A stretch of 64,000 nucleotides of DNA, from NCBI GenBank assembly GCA_047639315.1, contig JBLINQ010000004.1, positions 9,303 through 73,302 on the forward strand, given 5' to 3'. Below, piece after piece: positions 18,182 through 27,690 of the stretch. A program made the translations under genes and the position numbers. A model generated the notes under the pieces. It made no database searches. It saw only the letters and a program-made list of their open reading frames with translations, and was not told where the DNA came from. The stretch's first letter is position 1; each line of letters opens with the position of its first letter. Origin of the DNA: Planctomycetota bacterium. Lineage in GTDB: Bacteria; Planctomycetota; GCA-002687715; DRQF01.

Positions 18182-19351
18182 ATGAATTTGAAATCCAACT
18201 CCCACGGTTGGCTACATGGCTTTGCCATCGTCGCTGCACTCTGTATGGGCATGGCAATTGAAGCCCATGCGCAAGTCAGGATGGTGTTCCAAGAAACCGT
18301 TGCTTTGAAAGTAGGCCATCTTGTTACTGGCGATGGACCAACCATGAACGACGTGGTGGTACTGATCCGCGGTACGAAGATTGTGGCTATCGGCAAGAAC
18401 CTGAAAGTGCCGAATCGGGCCCGTTGGGTTGACTTGAGTGACTCCTGGGTCTTCCCAGGATTGGTCGATTGCCATTCAAAAGCCGGAATGCCCAATGACC
18501 TCAAAGAGCCTCGGGACGCGGTCGACCTCGACAACAAGCCGACCGCTGCGTTAATTCCTGGACACCGAGACTTTCGTCTTTTGAGGGAAGCTGGCGTTAC
18601 CACCGCCGTCATTTTGCCGAGCCCAGAAGGAGTCGTATCCGGAATCGCAGCTGTGGTAAAAACGTCCGGCAAGAGACGCTTGGTGACCGAGCAAGGGCCA
18701 GTTGCCTTGGCTCTCACGGCAAGCACGCAGAAGTCTGAGAGATTTCCAACTTCGTTGATGGGCAGTTTTCAGCTGTTGGGCCAAAAGCTCGCTAAGCCAG
18801 ATGACAAGATTCTTGAAGCCGTGGCAGCGAACAAAAGAGCCGCCATTGTTAAACTCGACACTGAAGCCGAAATTCGCTCTTACCTTCGTTTAGCCAATGC
18901 GCTCTCGCTTAACTGTGCCATGGCAACGGACAGTTCGATCCGGCGGGTCATGGGTCAGTTGAAGAGGCCTATGTTCATCGCTTTACCAGCCATCGGACTT
19001 AACTCGCCGCGACGCGATTTGATGTTGCCCGCAGCTCTGGCGAAGAAAAATCACAAGGTCGCCTTCTACGCATCGACTCCTGACCGTTCAGCATCAGATT
19101 TACGTTATGCAGCGGCATTGTCGGTTAAGATGGGCATGACCAAAGCAGACGGCCTAAGCACAATCACGAAGAACGCCGCAGAGATTGCTGGCGTTGGTGA
19201 TCGCATTGGGACGCTTAAGACAGGGAAGGACGCCGACTTCATTGTCTTGTCTGGACACCTCCTTGATCTGAGTGCCACCTTGAAGCAAACGTGGATTGAT
19301 GGTCGAATTGTCTTTGAGAGACCTTCCAAGAAAGTGGAGATGAGTCGATGA
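18182..19351 (+). CDS. Exported amidohydrolase-family protein A2 (degenerate site)
   Basis: Signal peptide; PGLVDCHSK, AGVTT, RIGTLKTGKDADFIVLSG. Confidence 0.88.
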   Translation: MNLKSNSHGWLHGFAIVAALCMGMAIEAHAQVRMVFQETVALKVGHLVTGDGPTMNDVVVLIRGTKIVAIGKNLKVPNRARWVDLSDSWVFPGLVDCHSKAGMPNDLKEPRDAVDLDNKPTAALIPGHRDFRLLREAGVTTAVILPSPEGVVSGIAAVVKTSGKRRLVTEQGPVALALTASTQKSERFPTSLMGSFQLLGQKLAKPDDKILEAVAANKRAAIVKLDTEAEIRSYLRLANALSLNCAMATDSSIRRVMGQLKRPMFIALPAIGLNSPRRDLMLPAALAKKNHKVAFYASTPDRSASDLRYAAALSVKMGMTKADGLSTITKNAAEIAGVGDRIGTLKTGKDADFIVLSGHLLDLSATLKQTWIDGRIVFERPSKKVEMSR

Positions 19352-20583
19352 AGCGCTCCCTGATTACCTTCTTATTCCTCGTTTGCGCCTTCGTTCCACT
19401 TCATGCACAGCGCCGAGCCGATAACCGCGCGGTCCTTTTCCAAGTAGGCAAAGTTTACGTTGGCAACGACACCGTTTTGAGCCCAGGAATGGTTCTCGTG
19501 AAGAACGGCAAGATTGCTGCCGTCGGCAAGACTCTCGAAGTGCCAAAAGGCACGATGAAAGTGAATCGCCCCAACTGGACGCTGACACCTGGAATGATCG
19601 ATGCTGCTGCTGAAGGTTTCGGCAATAGCACTGAAGGTATCAGCGAAGTCATTCCCGGCTTCAAGGTTTCGGATGGCCTCGATCTCAGTCAAAAGCAGAT
19701 GAAAACCCTCGCCAAAGAAGGTGTGACCACTGTGTTTGTCACGGCTTCGACTGACTCCGTGATCGGTTGCCAAGGTGCCATCGCCAAGACTGGCGAGAAG
19801 GCTCGCGTACTCTCTCACGAAGGTGATCCAAAACTCACCGTGAGTAAGGGGGCGGTCAACGGCAACCGCGGCCCGAGCCAATTCAGCGGCATCTCGGTTT
19901 ATACTCGTCGGCCAACTTCGCAGATGGGTATCATCTTCGTGGCGCGCGATGCTTTCACGAAAGCCCAAGAGTATGCCAAGGCCAAGCAAAGTAAGAACAA
20001 GCCAGACAAAGACCTTCACTATGACGTGCTTGCCGATGTCTTGGCCAAGAAACGGCCGATTCGGGTTCGCGGTGAAGAACAGTACGAATTGACCGCCGCT
20101 CTCAAGATGGTTGTCGAATTCGGTTTCACTCCCATCTTTGAGAATGCCATCGAAGCATGGCGTATTGCCAAAGATATGAAACGCCATGGCGCGTCCCTAG
20201 TCTTTGGTCCTGCCATGCCGCAGCCCGCGCCAACTGGGCGCTTTGGTCGTCGAGGCGCTCCAGCCAAGACTCATCCTCGGGCAGCGAAGATGCTTGTTGA
20301 TGAGGGTGTCCAAATGGCACTGACCGCGGGCTCTAATACCGGCGAAAAAGGGCTCGCACGTCAGGCTGGATACACAATGCGCTACGGATTGACGCGCATC
20401 CAAGCCGTGAAGGCCGTGACCTCAATTCCTGCAGCTATGCTCGGGATGGAAAAGAAAATCGGGCTGATTAAGGTCGGCCTCGATGCAGATTTTGTTCTCT
20501 GGACAGGTGAGCCATTTGCGTCCACAAGTCGTCCGGAGATCGTTTTTATTGATGGTGTTGCTGTTAAAGGCAAAACCTTTTGA
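19348..20583 (+). CDS. Exported amidohydrolase-family protein A3 (degenerate site)
   Basis: Signal peptide; PGMIDAAAE, EGVTT, IGLIKVGLDADFVLWTGEPF. Confidence 0.88.
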   Translation: MKRSLITFLFLVCAFVPLHAQRRADNRAVLFQVGKVYVGNDTVLSPGMVLVKNGKIAAVGKTLEVPKGTMKVNRPNWTLTPGMIDAAAEGFGNSTEGISEVIPGFKVSDGLDLSQKQMKTLAKEGVTTVFVTASTDSVIGCQGAIAKTGEKARVLSHEGDPKLTVSKGAVNGNRGPSQFSGISVYTRRPTSQMGIIFVARDAFTKAQEYAKAKQSKNKPDKDLHYDVLADVLAKKRPIRVRGEEQYELTAALKMVVEFGFTPIFENAIEAWRIAKDMKRHGASLVFGPAMPQPAPTGRFGRRGAPAKTHPRAAKMLVDEGVQMALTAGSNTGEKGLARQAGYTMRYGLTRIQAVKAVTSIPAAMLGMEKKIGLIKVGLDADFVLWTGEPFASTSRPEIVFIDGVAVKGKTF

Positions 20584-20642
20584 ACGGATCGCTCAATCTC
20601 GAATTGAGTTTGATTAGGACACCAGGAATCGGAGTCGTCTAA

Positions 20643-22034
20643 ATGCGTAACCTGAGGTACCTCGGGCTCGGTCTTCTTGCTTTGCTTTGTGCATTCTCTG
20701 TCAACGGACATGCGCAAATCAGTTCGAAGGTCTTTCTTGAAGGCGGAAAGATTGTTCCCGTCGTCGGCCCTGTCATCGAAAAAGGTAACATCCTGATCGA
20801 GGACGGTAGAATTGTGGCGGTTGGGGCGAATATCAAAGCTCCGTTTGATGCGAAGGTTTTGGACGTGACTGGGAAGACAATCTTCCCGGGCATGGTCGAT
20901 GCTTGGACTTCGAAGGGGCTTAAAGTTGCTAACGAGAATCTCGACGTCGTTCCTTACGTCGATGTCTATGACGTGCTCGATCCTTCGGGGCGTTTCTTTG
21001 AGGAAGCCCTCCGTGGCGGCGTGACCTCGATTCACGTGAGCCAAGGCAAGAACTGCGTCATTAGTGGTCTTTCACGAACCGTTCATCCCATTGGCATGAC
21101 GGTCGACGAAATGACCCAAGATCCTGAAGGGGGCTTGGTTCTGTCCATGGCTCCGAAGCGGGGCTACGACCATGCAGTTCAACGTGCGATTCTGCGTGAC
21201 ACCTTTGCCGATCTTGACCGCTATCTCGATCGCCGTGCCGGAGAACTTTATCTCGAGAAGATGAAGAAGGATGGCGAGGAAACGAACATTGCACCGTCAG
21301 AAGCCCGCACCAAGGGTAAAGACCTGATCAAGCCAGATAAGCTCGACAAGAAGTACCGCAATCTTTACTTGCTCCGTCAAGGAAAGATCGATGGCTACAT
21401 TGTCTGCGATCGTGCCATGGACGTGTCTGTCGCTTTTGACTTTGCCAAGAAGCAGGGTATGGAAAACAGCATGGCTCTGATCATTGGAGGCGAGTGCTAC
21501 AAAGTTGCCAAGAAGCTGAAAGCACTGAAGCGTCCGGTCATTCTGACACCAGGAAACATGATCTACCGCGAACAAGATCGCATGACACTGGAAGACAAAG
21601 ATACTTTTGTCCCGAAGGCGTTGAGCGATGCCAAGGTCGACTTTGCCATTGGCGGCAGTGACGCGCCATGGGAAGACGCTGCTCGCTGCGTGCGCAACGG
21701 TGTCAGTCGCGAGAAAGCGGTTGCCGCGATCACCATTAACGCTGCCAAAGCGATTGGTTTGGAGCACCTCATTGGCTCCATCGAAAAAGGTAAACTGGCT
21801 AACCTCTTGGTGTTGAGCGGTGATCCTCTCGACAACATGACATGGGTCGAAAGCGTCTTGGTCGGGGGACATCTCGTTTACGAACGTTCGAAGGACAAAC
21901 GTCTTCGTGACCTCATGGACGGCATGTACGAGACCGAGAAGATCGAAAAGAAGCGCACCGAAGAAGCAGCCAAGTCCAAGGACAAAGCTGCAAAGGGCAA
22001 AGCCGACAAAGGCGCTAAGAGTAAGAAAGACTGA
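20643..22034 (+). CDS. Exported amidohydrolase-family protein A4 (degenerate site)
   Basis: Signal peptide; PGMVDAWTS, GGVTS, IGSIEKGKLANLLVLSGDPL. Confidence 0.88.
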   Translation: MRNLRYLGLGLLALLCAFSVNGHAQISSKVFLEGGKIVPVVGPVIEKGNILIEDGRIVAVGANIKAPFDAKVLDVTGKTIFPGMVDAWTSKGLKVANENLDVVPYVDVYDVLDPSGRFFEEALRGGVTSIHVSQGKNCVISGLSRTVHPIGMTVDEMTQDPEGGLVLSMAPKRGYDHAVQRAILRDTFADLDRYLDRRAGELYLEKMKKDGEETNIAPSEARTKGKDLIKPDKLDKKYRNLYLLRQGKIDGYIVCDRAMDVSVAFDFAKKQGMENSMALIIGGECYKVAKKLKALKRPVILTPGNMIYREQDRMTLEDKDTFVPKALSDAKVDFAIGGSDAPWEDAARCVRNGVSREKAVAAITINAAKAIGLEHLIGSIEKGKLANLLVLSGDPLDNMTWVESVLVGGHLVYERSKDKRLRDLMDGMYETEKIEKKRTEEAAKSKDKAAKGKADKGAKSKKD

Positions 22035-22045
22035 GGATCGGCTTC

Positions 22046-24865
22046 ATGCAACGTTTTCTTTTTAGCGTGATGGTGAGCGTGATTGCCTTCGGCCTTCTTT
22101 GGCCGACAAGCAATGCGAATTCAGCCCCACGTCAATTCGACGAAGATCCCCCAGCGCACTTTGTCCTAAAAGGGGCAAAGATCTTTGCTGAAGGTGGGAC
22201 TTCCGCGGCGTGGCTCGATAACGCCTGGATCGAAGTTAGAGACGGCAAGATCGTACGTCTTGGCACTGGAGCCACTCCAGAGAATGTCAAGGTCATTGAT
22301 CATTCCGGTGCATGGATCATGCCCGGTGTCGTGTCGATGAATAGCCGCAGCTTCATTGGTACCGACCCCCAAGGGATCGGGCCTCGTTATGTTGCTGCAG
22401 ATAAGTTCAATCCGTTCGCCAATTTTCGCGCGAGCTGGGCAGCTGGAATCACAAGTGCGCGCTTAGGCGTCCCCGGTGATCGCTTTATTGGCGGCATTGG
22501 ATCGGTCGTGAAATTCGGCGGTGACGATGACAAGGCAGTTGTGTTGCGGCGGGAAGCTGATCTTGAAGTCAGCTACAACGATTCGCACGGACGCGGCGAG
22601 CCTGATATCAAGGAAATCCCGTTCCCGTCCTCCAGTGATGTGCCTTACGACGCCAAGCCCAAGCGCAAACCTCAAAGCCGCATGGGCCGTGATGACGCCA
22701 TTCTTGAAGTCCTTCGCCGCACACTATCGAGTGACGCGAAAGACCCGCGGCAGTTGGCGTTCAATCGGTTCATCAAGACCGGTCGCCCGCTTCGGTTCGA
22801 TGCCAAGCGCGCTGCTGATATTGTTCAGGCCGTGAATTTTGCCAAGCAAGTGCGGGGGGTAGTCCCTATCTACTTGAACGGGCTTGATGAAGCGAAGTCT
22901 GTGGCCAGCACAATAGCTGCGGCTAAGCTCAGTGTCGTTCTTGAGATGGACAATGACCTGTCCCGTCTCGACAACAATGATTTCGATTTGATTCGTCCAT
23001 GGCGTCGTGACCCAAGTGCGGCCGCTGCATTGGAAGCGCTTGGCGTCGATGTGATCATCAGTGGCAAGGGCCGGGATTTACTCTACGCCGCGGCTATGGC
23101 CGTCGGTGGTGGGCTCGATCCAATCGCAGCCATTCAAGCCATCACTTCGCGCCCAGCGAAGCTTCTCGGTGTTGGTGACCGTGTTGGTTCATTGACTGCT
23201 GGTAAAGATGCCGACTTCCTCATTCTGAACGGCCATCCACTATCCAGTACGGCTCATGTTCAAGAAGTTTATGTTGGTGGTGATCAAGCATGGAAGCGTC
23301 GCGTCGATTCGCGCCCACTTTTGATCCGCGCTGGCAAAATTTATGACGGAACTGGACGTGTCTATCGGGATAGCGAAGTCCTCGTGGAGAACGGCAAGAT
23401 TGTTGATGTCGGTGAAGGAATTGCTCGCCCACAAAATGCGCGGGTCATCGACGCCGGACCAAACGCAGTCGTGACACCTGGTTTTGTCGATGTGAACAGT
23501 CAATTGGGACTTGGTTCTGAGCGAAATACACAGGCCACTGATTTGTCGCTTTCGGACGTCTTGAACGTCAGCCGTCCAGGATTTGAGCATGTGGCTCGCG
23601 CCGGTGTGACGACGGTGGTTATTGGGCCTGCCCGTACGAATCGGTCTGGCGCTCAAATCATGGCGATCAAAACTTCTTCGGTCGAGGGCGAACTCATCGC
23701 CAAGAAGATGGTTGGCGTGAAAGTGAGCCTCTCAGGTAGTGCCGATACTATCCGAAAAGGACTGACCGGAATTCTCTCGAAGGGGCAAAAGTACTTCGAG
23801 ACTTGGAAGAAGTACGAAGATGACTTGGCCAAGTTCAAAGCCGGTGGCCTTGTTGCGGCGGCACCTGTCGCCGCCACTCCAACTGCGAAAAAGGGTGCAA
23901 AACCAGAAGATTCGAAGCCCGTCCCCGGTGGCTCTTCTGACGTATTGTCTGGTATTTGGAACGTCACTCTCAGTGGCGGCCCAATTCCCAATCCAATGAA
24001 AAACCTTGTCGCCAAGATTCGTCTGAATGGCAGGAGCGTTGTCGGCACCATGACCAATCCAATGGATGCCGAAGAGGAAGTTTCCCTTAATGGCACCTTC
24101 GACGGCAAAGTCCTGAGAGCTGAGGTCGACATTGTGACGCCATTTGGTGACACCACGATGGAAGTCACTTTGGACAAAGCCGAGCACCTTGTTGGTTCGA
24201 TTAATCTGGGAGGGGTGATGGACATCACCTTTGACGCTAATCGGACCAAGAAAGGCGCCCCTAAGATCACTGTGAAGGCTAAAGCCCTCAAGACCGTTAC
24301 CAAGATGGTCGCGAACGGACCCAAGCAACCTCGTTTCGATGGGCGCCAAGAGCCATTCCGCGCCATCTTTGGTGGCAAGGGTGGTTTAATGATTGAGGTC
24401 AACGGCGGCCCAGGAATTCGCGCTGCCGCGGAAGTCTTGTCGACTTACAATTTGCCTGCCGTCCTCCTTGGAGGCCAGGGCTTGATGACCGTCTACAACG
24501 AGATCGGCAATAACTTTGGCGTTGCTCTGAGCGGAAAACTCCAGGAAACGATCGATAACAAACAAGTCTTCTTTCCCGGACTTTTGGAACGAGCCGATGT
24601 ACCTCTGGCATTTGCCAGTGGCCAAGAAACCGGCGCCGCGCTTTTGCCACGACTCGCTCGGTTGGCAGTGCGTTCGGGGCTCGGTCGTACAGCCGCTCTG
24701 AAAGCATTGACTTGGGATGCCGCCCGCTTACTGCGACTGCAGGATACTGTTGGCGCGATCAAGAAGGGGTTAGATGGCGATCTCTTGATTTTCGATGGCG
24801 AACCATTTGACGCACGAACACGACTCAAGTCAGTGTTCATTCGTGGCCAGGAGGTCAAACGATGA
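22046..24865 (+). CDS. Exported protein A5 with two tandem amidohydrolase-like domains (both degenerate) and an inserted beta-domain
   Basis: PGVVSMNS...VGSLTAGKDADFLILNGHP and PGFVDVNSQ...VGAIKKGLDGDLLIFDGEPF. Confidence 0.88.
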   Translation: MQRFLFSVMVSVIAFGLLWPTSNANSAPRQFDEDPPAHFVLKGAKIFAEGGTSAAWLDNAWIEVRDGKIVRLGTGATPENVKVIDHSGAWIMPGVVSMNSRSFIGTDPQGIGPRYVAADKFNPFANFRASWAAGITSARLGVPGDRFIGGIGSVVKFGGDDDKAVVLRREADLEVSYNDSHGRGEPDIKEIPFPSSSDVPYDAKPKRKPQSRMGRDDAILEVLRRTLSSDAKDPRQLAFNRFIKTGRPLRFDAKRAADIVQAVNFAKQVRGVVPIYLNGLDEAKSVASTIAAAKLSVVLEMDNDLSRLDNNDFDLIRPWRRDPSAAAALEALGVDVIISGKGRDLLYAAAMAVGGGLDPIAAIQAITSRPAKLLGVGDRVGSLTAGKDADFLILNGHPLSSTAHVQEVYVGGDQAWKRRVDSRPLLIRAGKIYDGTGRVYRDSEVLVENGKIVDVGEGIARPQNARVIDAGPNAVVTPGFVDVNSQLGLGSERNTQATDLSLSDVLNVSRPGFEHVARAGVTTVVIGPARTNRSGAQIMAIKTSSVEGELIAKKMVGVKVSLSGSADTIRKGLTGILSKGQKYFETWKKYEDDLAKFKAGGLVAAAPVAATPTAKKGAKPEDSKPVPGGSSDVLSGIWNVTLSGGPIPNPMKNLVAKIRLNGRSVVGTMTNPMDAEEEVSLNGTFDGKVLRAEVDIVTPFGDTTMEVTLDKAEHLVGSINLGGVMDITFDANRTKKGAPKITVKAKALKTVTKMVANGPKQPRFDGRQEPFRAIFGGKGGLMIEVNGGPGIRAAAEVLSTYNLPAVLLGGQGLMTVYNEIGNNFGVALSGKLQETIDNKQVFFPGLLERADVPLAFASGQETGAALLPRLARLAVRSGLGRTAALKALTWDAARLLRLQDTVGAIKKGLDGDLLIFDGEPFDARTRLKSVFIRGQEVKR

Positions 24866-26097
24866 AGAATATTGTGAAATTCGGTTTTGTCTTTGCCTTC
24901 TTGTCGGTGGCCTTGTTGGCCCAAGACAAGAAACCAAAGTTAGCGATTCTGGCTGGCAAAGTCTTGACCATGAACGCCAAAGATCAGGTGATCAACAACG
25001 CCGTCGTTTTTGTCTCAAATGGCAAGGTTGAGCGCATCGTCCCACGGCGTGATGCCAAGATTCCAGCGGACTATAAGATCCTTGATCATTCGGCCCACTG
25101 GATCATGCCCGGGTTGATTGACCCGCATAACCACACGGCGACTGAGCAAAGGAATGACCTGCACGATTATGTGTGGCTCACGAATCCAGGCCTTCGTGCT
25201 GGCGATCTTGTCGAAGTTGACTCGCCTAACAACCGCATGGCGATTGCTGGCGGTGTGACAACGGCGCTAATGATCCCGGGGTCGGGTACCAATATGAGTG
25301 GTTTCGGTGGAGTTGTTCGTCTTGGCGCTCAGAATGCTGAGGATGCAGTAACTAAGTCACCCGGTTCTTTGAAGATCGCTCAGGCAGGTAACCCGGAACG
25401 TTGGTACTGGGGTCCAAACCGCAGCTACATGAACTTCAACCTGCGTCAGACTTTGCAGAAGGCCAAAGACTATCACGAAGCGTGGAACGCATTCGAAGCG
25501 GGTAAGACGAAAGTCAAGCCAGCTAAGGATGCGAGTTGGGAAGACTTCCGGTTGCTATTCCGCAACGAGATTCCTGCCAGTGTCCACACCCAGATGTTTC
25601 AAGTCGTGTCCAAGAGTATTCTGATGTTGCACGATGAGTTTGGTCTCAAGCTCATGATCGACCACGGGACTTTTGATGGATTCAAGGCTGGAACCTTAGC
25701 TGCAGAACGCAATATCCACGTCATGGTTGGTCCACGTATTTGGTGGATGAACGAGCAGGATGGTTCAATCAATAGTTGCGCCGGTGGTTATTGGGATCGC
25801 GGTTGTCGGAAAGTCGGCCTCAATACTGATGCTGGCGTCTTGCCTCAGGAAGACCTTTCGATGCAAGGGTCGATGAGCGTGCGCTACGGCTGGGAAACCT
25901 ATGCTGCCTTGAAGGGGATGACTTTTCAGGCTGCAGATTCACTCGGGCTTCAGAAACAAATTGGATCGATTCAACCTGGCCTCGATGCTGACCTTGTCGC
26001 TTGGACAGGAGATCCTTTGGATTTTCGCTCCGGCGTCGAAGCGGTGTATCAGCTTGGTGCGTTGGTCTACAAACCAGGAAAACGGCGTCGCTTCTAA
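24862..26097 (+). CDS. Exported metal-dependent amidohydrolase A6 (intact binuclear metal site)
   Basis: Signal peptide; PGLIDPHNH, SLKIA (carboxy-Lys position), SVHTQ, IDHGT, NTDAG, IGSIQPGLDADLV. Confidence 0.92.
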   Translation: MKNIVKFGFVFAFLSVALLAQDKKPKLAILAGKVLTMNAKDQVINNAVVFVSNGKVERIVPRRDAKIPADYKILDHSAHWIMPGLIDPHNHTATEQRNDLHDYVWLTNPGLRAGDLVEVDSPNNRMAIAGGVTTALMIPGSGTNMSGFGGVVRLGAQNAEDAVTKSPGSLKIAQAGNPERWYWGPNRSYMNFNLRQTLQKAKDYHEAWNAFEAGKTKVKPAKDASWEDFRLLFRNEIPASVHTQMFQVVSKSILMLHDEFGLKLMIDHGTFDGFKAGTLAAERNIHVMVGPRIWWMNEQDGSINSCAGGYWDRGCRKVGLNTDAGVLPQEDLSMQGSMSVRYGWETYAALKGMTFQAADSLGLQKQIGSIQPGLDADLVAWTGDPLDFRSGVEAVYQLGALVYKPGKRRRF

Positions 26098-26160
26098 GAA
26101 GCGGTCGTACGGCAAGAGTAAATCTTGAATGCCATGAGGCTTATCTCAAGAAGGAAGATC

Positions 26161-27690
26161 ATGTTCCGAAGAGTTTTTATCCTGGCCATTTTGGGCCTCT
26201 TAATCGTGCCCTTGTCAGCTGCAACGCTGACGGTGACTGCCTCCTTCGAGGCCAGTCGACCGTTTGCTCCGCAAGATGACGAAGATCCACGCTCCTATAC
26301 TGTGATCAAAGTGAAAACCGCGATCACTGTTAGTGGTGAGGAATTAGAGAATGCAACGATCGTCATCAAGGACGGCAAGATCTTAGCCGTAGGTGAGAAC
26401 GTTGATTATCCCTTTGGCGCGAAGGTGATCGATGCGAGCGACTTGGTCGTCATGCCCGGCATGATCAATCCAGTCAGTCGATTGACTACGCTTCCTGGTG
26501 GTGGTGGCGCCACTCCGCAACTCGATAAGTCGGAAGACCTGACTTTGACCGGCAAGCAATTAGCGGAGCTCGCATCTACTGGTTATACGACACTCGGGTT
26601 GCTTTCGCCTGGCGCTCCCATGCCTGGACGAACACTCATCATTCGTACGGCCGGAGAAAAACCAGCAGACCTCGTGATCAACGGGAAAGGTCCCGTCCAC
26701 ATTTCATTCAACAGCCCTGGCTCTTCGAAGTCCGCAGTTATGCGTGCTTTTGCCAGTGCCAAGAAAGAAATTGAGAAGATCGAAAAGGCGAAAGCCGCAG
26801 CTGCGAAAAAGGTCAAGGCGCCGGCGAAGAAGACCGGAGCCAAGACCCCGGCGAAGGATCCCAAGAAAGATCCGAAGCCAGGCCCAAAGCCCACGCCGAC
26901 GCCCGGTCCGAAGCCTAAGCCCACGCCGAAGCCGAAGCCGACACCTAAGCCGAAGGATGGCGCCGAATCTTCGAATGAGGCAGTTGGTGCACTCGCAGAC
27001 CCCCCGAAAAAGAACGCCACCAAGAGCGCTTCAAAGGGTCCTAAGATTAAGCCTTCGCTCGAGCCTTTGGTGGATCTTCTCCAAAAGGCCAAGGGCGCTT
27101 CAGCTATTGTCGAATTCGGCAATAATCGGGAGAACGTTCGTCGTGCTGCACCAAGCCCGGCCAGTAGCTATTTGCATTGGCAGGACATCACGAAGGAATA
27201 TGAGTTCAATCATTCGTATCGGATCTACAATCCGGTCGTTGCCGAGAACAACCCATTTTTTGTGACGAGCGAAACAAACATTGCGCAAGTGGCAAAAGAA
27301 ATTGGCGAGTTGAAGGCCTTGGTTGCGCTTTATCCAAACGTAAATCATCACGCGTTCACCCGTGACAAGTACAACTTGGGCTTGACTTTCTTGCGTCAGG
27401 GTGCACGCCCCGTGTTCGTTCCCGAGAATGATCGGTGGGACACTTATGCTTCGATGCGGGATGGTCTAGCCCGTATGGTGCGAAGCGGCTACCCGAGATC
27501 AGAGATTCTTAAGACTGTCACGCTTCATCCCGCACAGATGCTTGGATTAGGCGATGAAGTCGGCACGATCGAAGTTGGCCGCAACGCTACTTTGATTTTC
27601 TTGACCGGCGATCCACTGTCCAACACAACGCAAGTTGAAAAGGTCATGATCGACGGCAAATTCATTGACATGAAAAAACGTCTGCGATGA
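26161..27690 (+). CDS. Exported amidohydrolase-family protein A7 (degenerate site; Pro/Lys/Thr-rich insertion)
   Basis: Signal peptide after AGGAAG RBS; PGMINPVSR, TGYTT, VGTIEVGRNATLIFLTGDPL. Confidence 0.87.
   Translation: MFRRVFILAILGLLIVPLSAATLTVTASFEASRPFAPQDDEDPRSYTVIKVKTAITVSGEELENATIVIKDGKILAVGENVDYPFGAKVIDASDLVVMPGMINPVSRLTTLPGGGGATPQLDKSEDLTLTGKQLAELASTGYTTLGLLSPGAPMPGRTLIIRTAGEKPADLVINGKGPVHISFNSPGSSKSAVMRAFASAKKEIEKIEKAKAAAAKKVKAPAKKTGAKTPAKDPKKDPKPGPKPTPTPGPKPKPTPKPKPTPKPKDGAESSNEAVGALADPPKKNATKSASKGPKIKPSLEPLVDLLQKAKGASAIVEFGNNRENVRRAAPSPASSYLHWQDITKEYEFNHSYRIYNPVVAENNPFFVTSETNIAQVAKEIGELKALVALYPNVNHHAFTRDKYNLGLTFLRQGARPVFVPENDRWDTYASMRDGLARMVRSGYPRSEILKTVTLHPAQMLGLGDEVGTIEVGRNATLIFLTGDPLSNTTQVEKVMIDGKFIDMKKRLR
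26850..26955 (+). repeat. Coding low-complexity repeat (KDPK, PKPTP, PGPKP units)
   Basis: PAKDPKKDPKPGPKPTPTPGPKPKPTPKPKPTPKPK inside A7. Confidence 0.7.

Noticed and set aside
19372-24402. Long antisense ORFs within the amidohydrolase operon (271, 220, 191 and 249 aa)
   Set aside because: Expected antisense shadows of biased coding sequence; no motifs or RBS support
26850-26955. CRISPR or non-coding repeat array
   Set aside because: Repeats are in-frame, degenerate at third positions and encode a Pro/Lys/Thr linker; no cas genes or spacer pattern anywhere in the window
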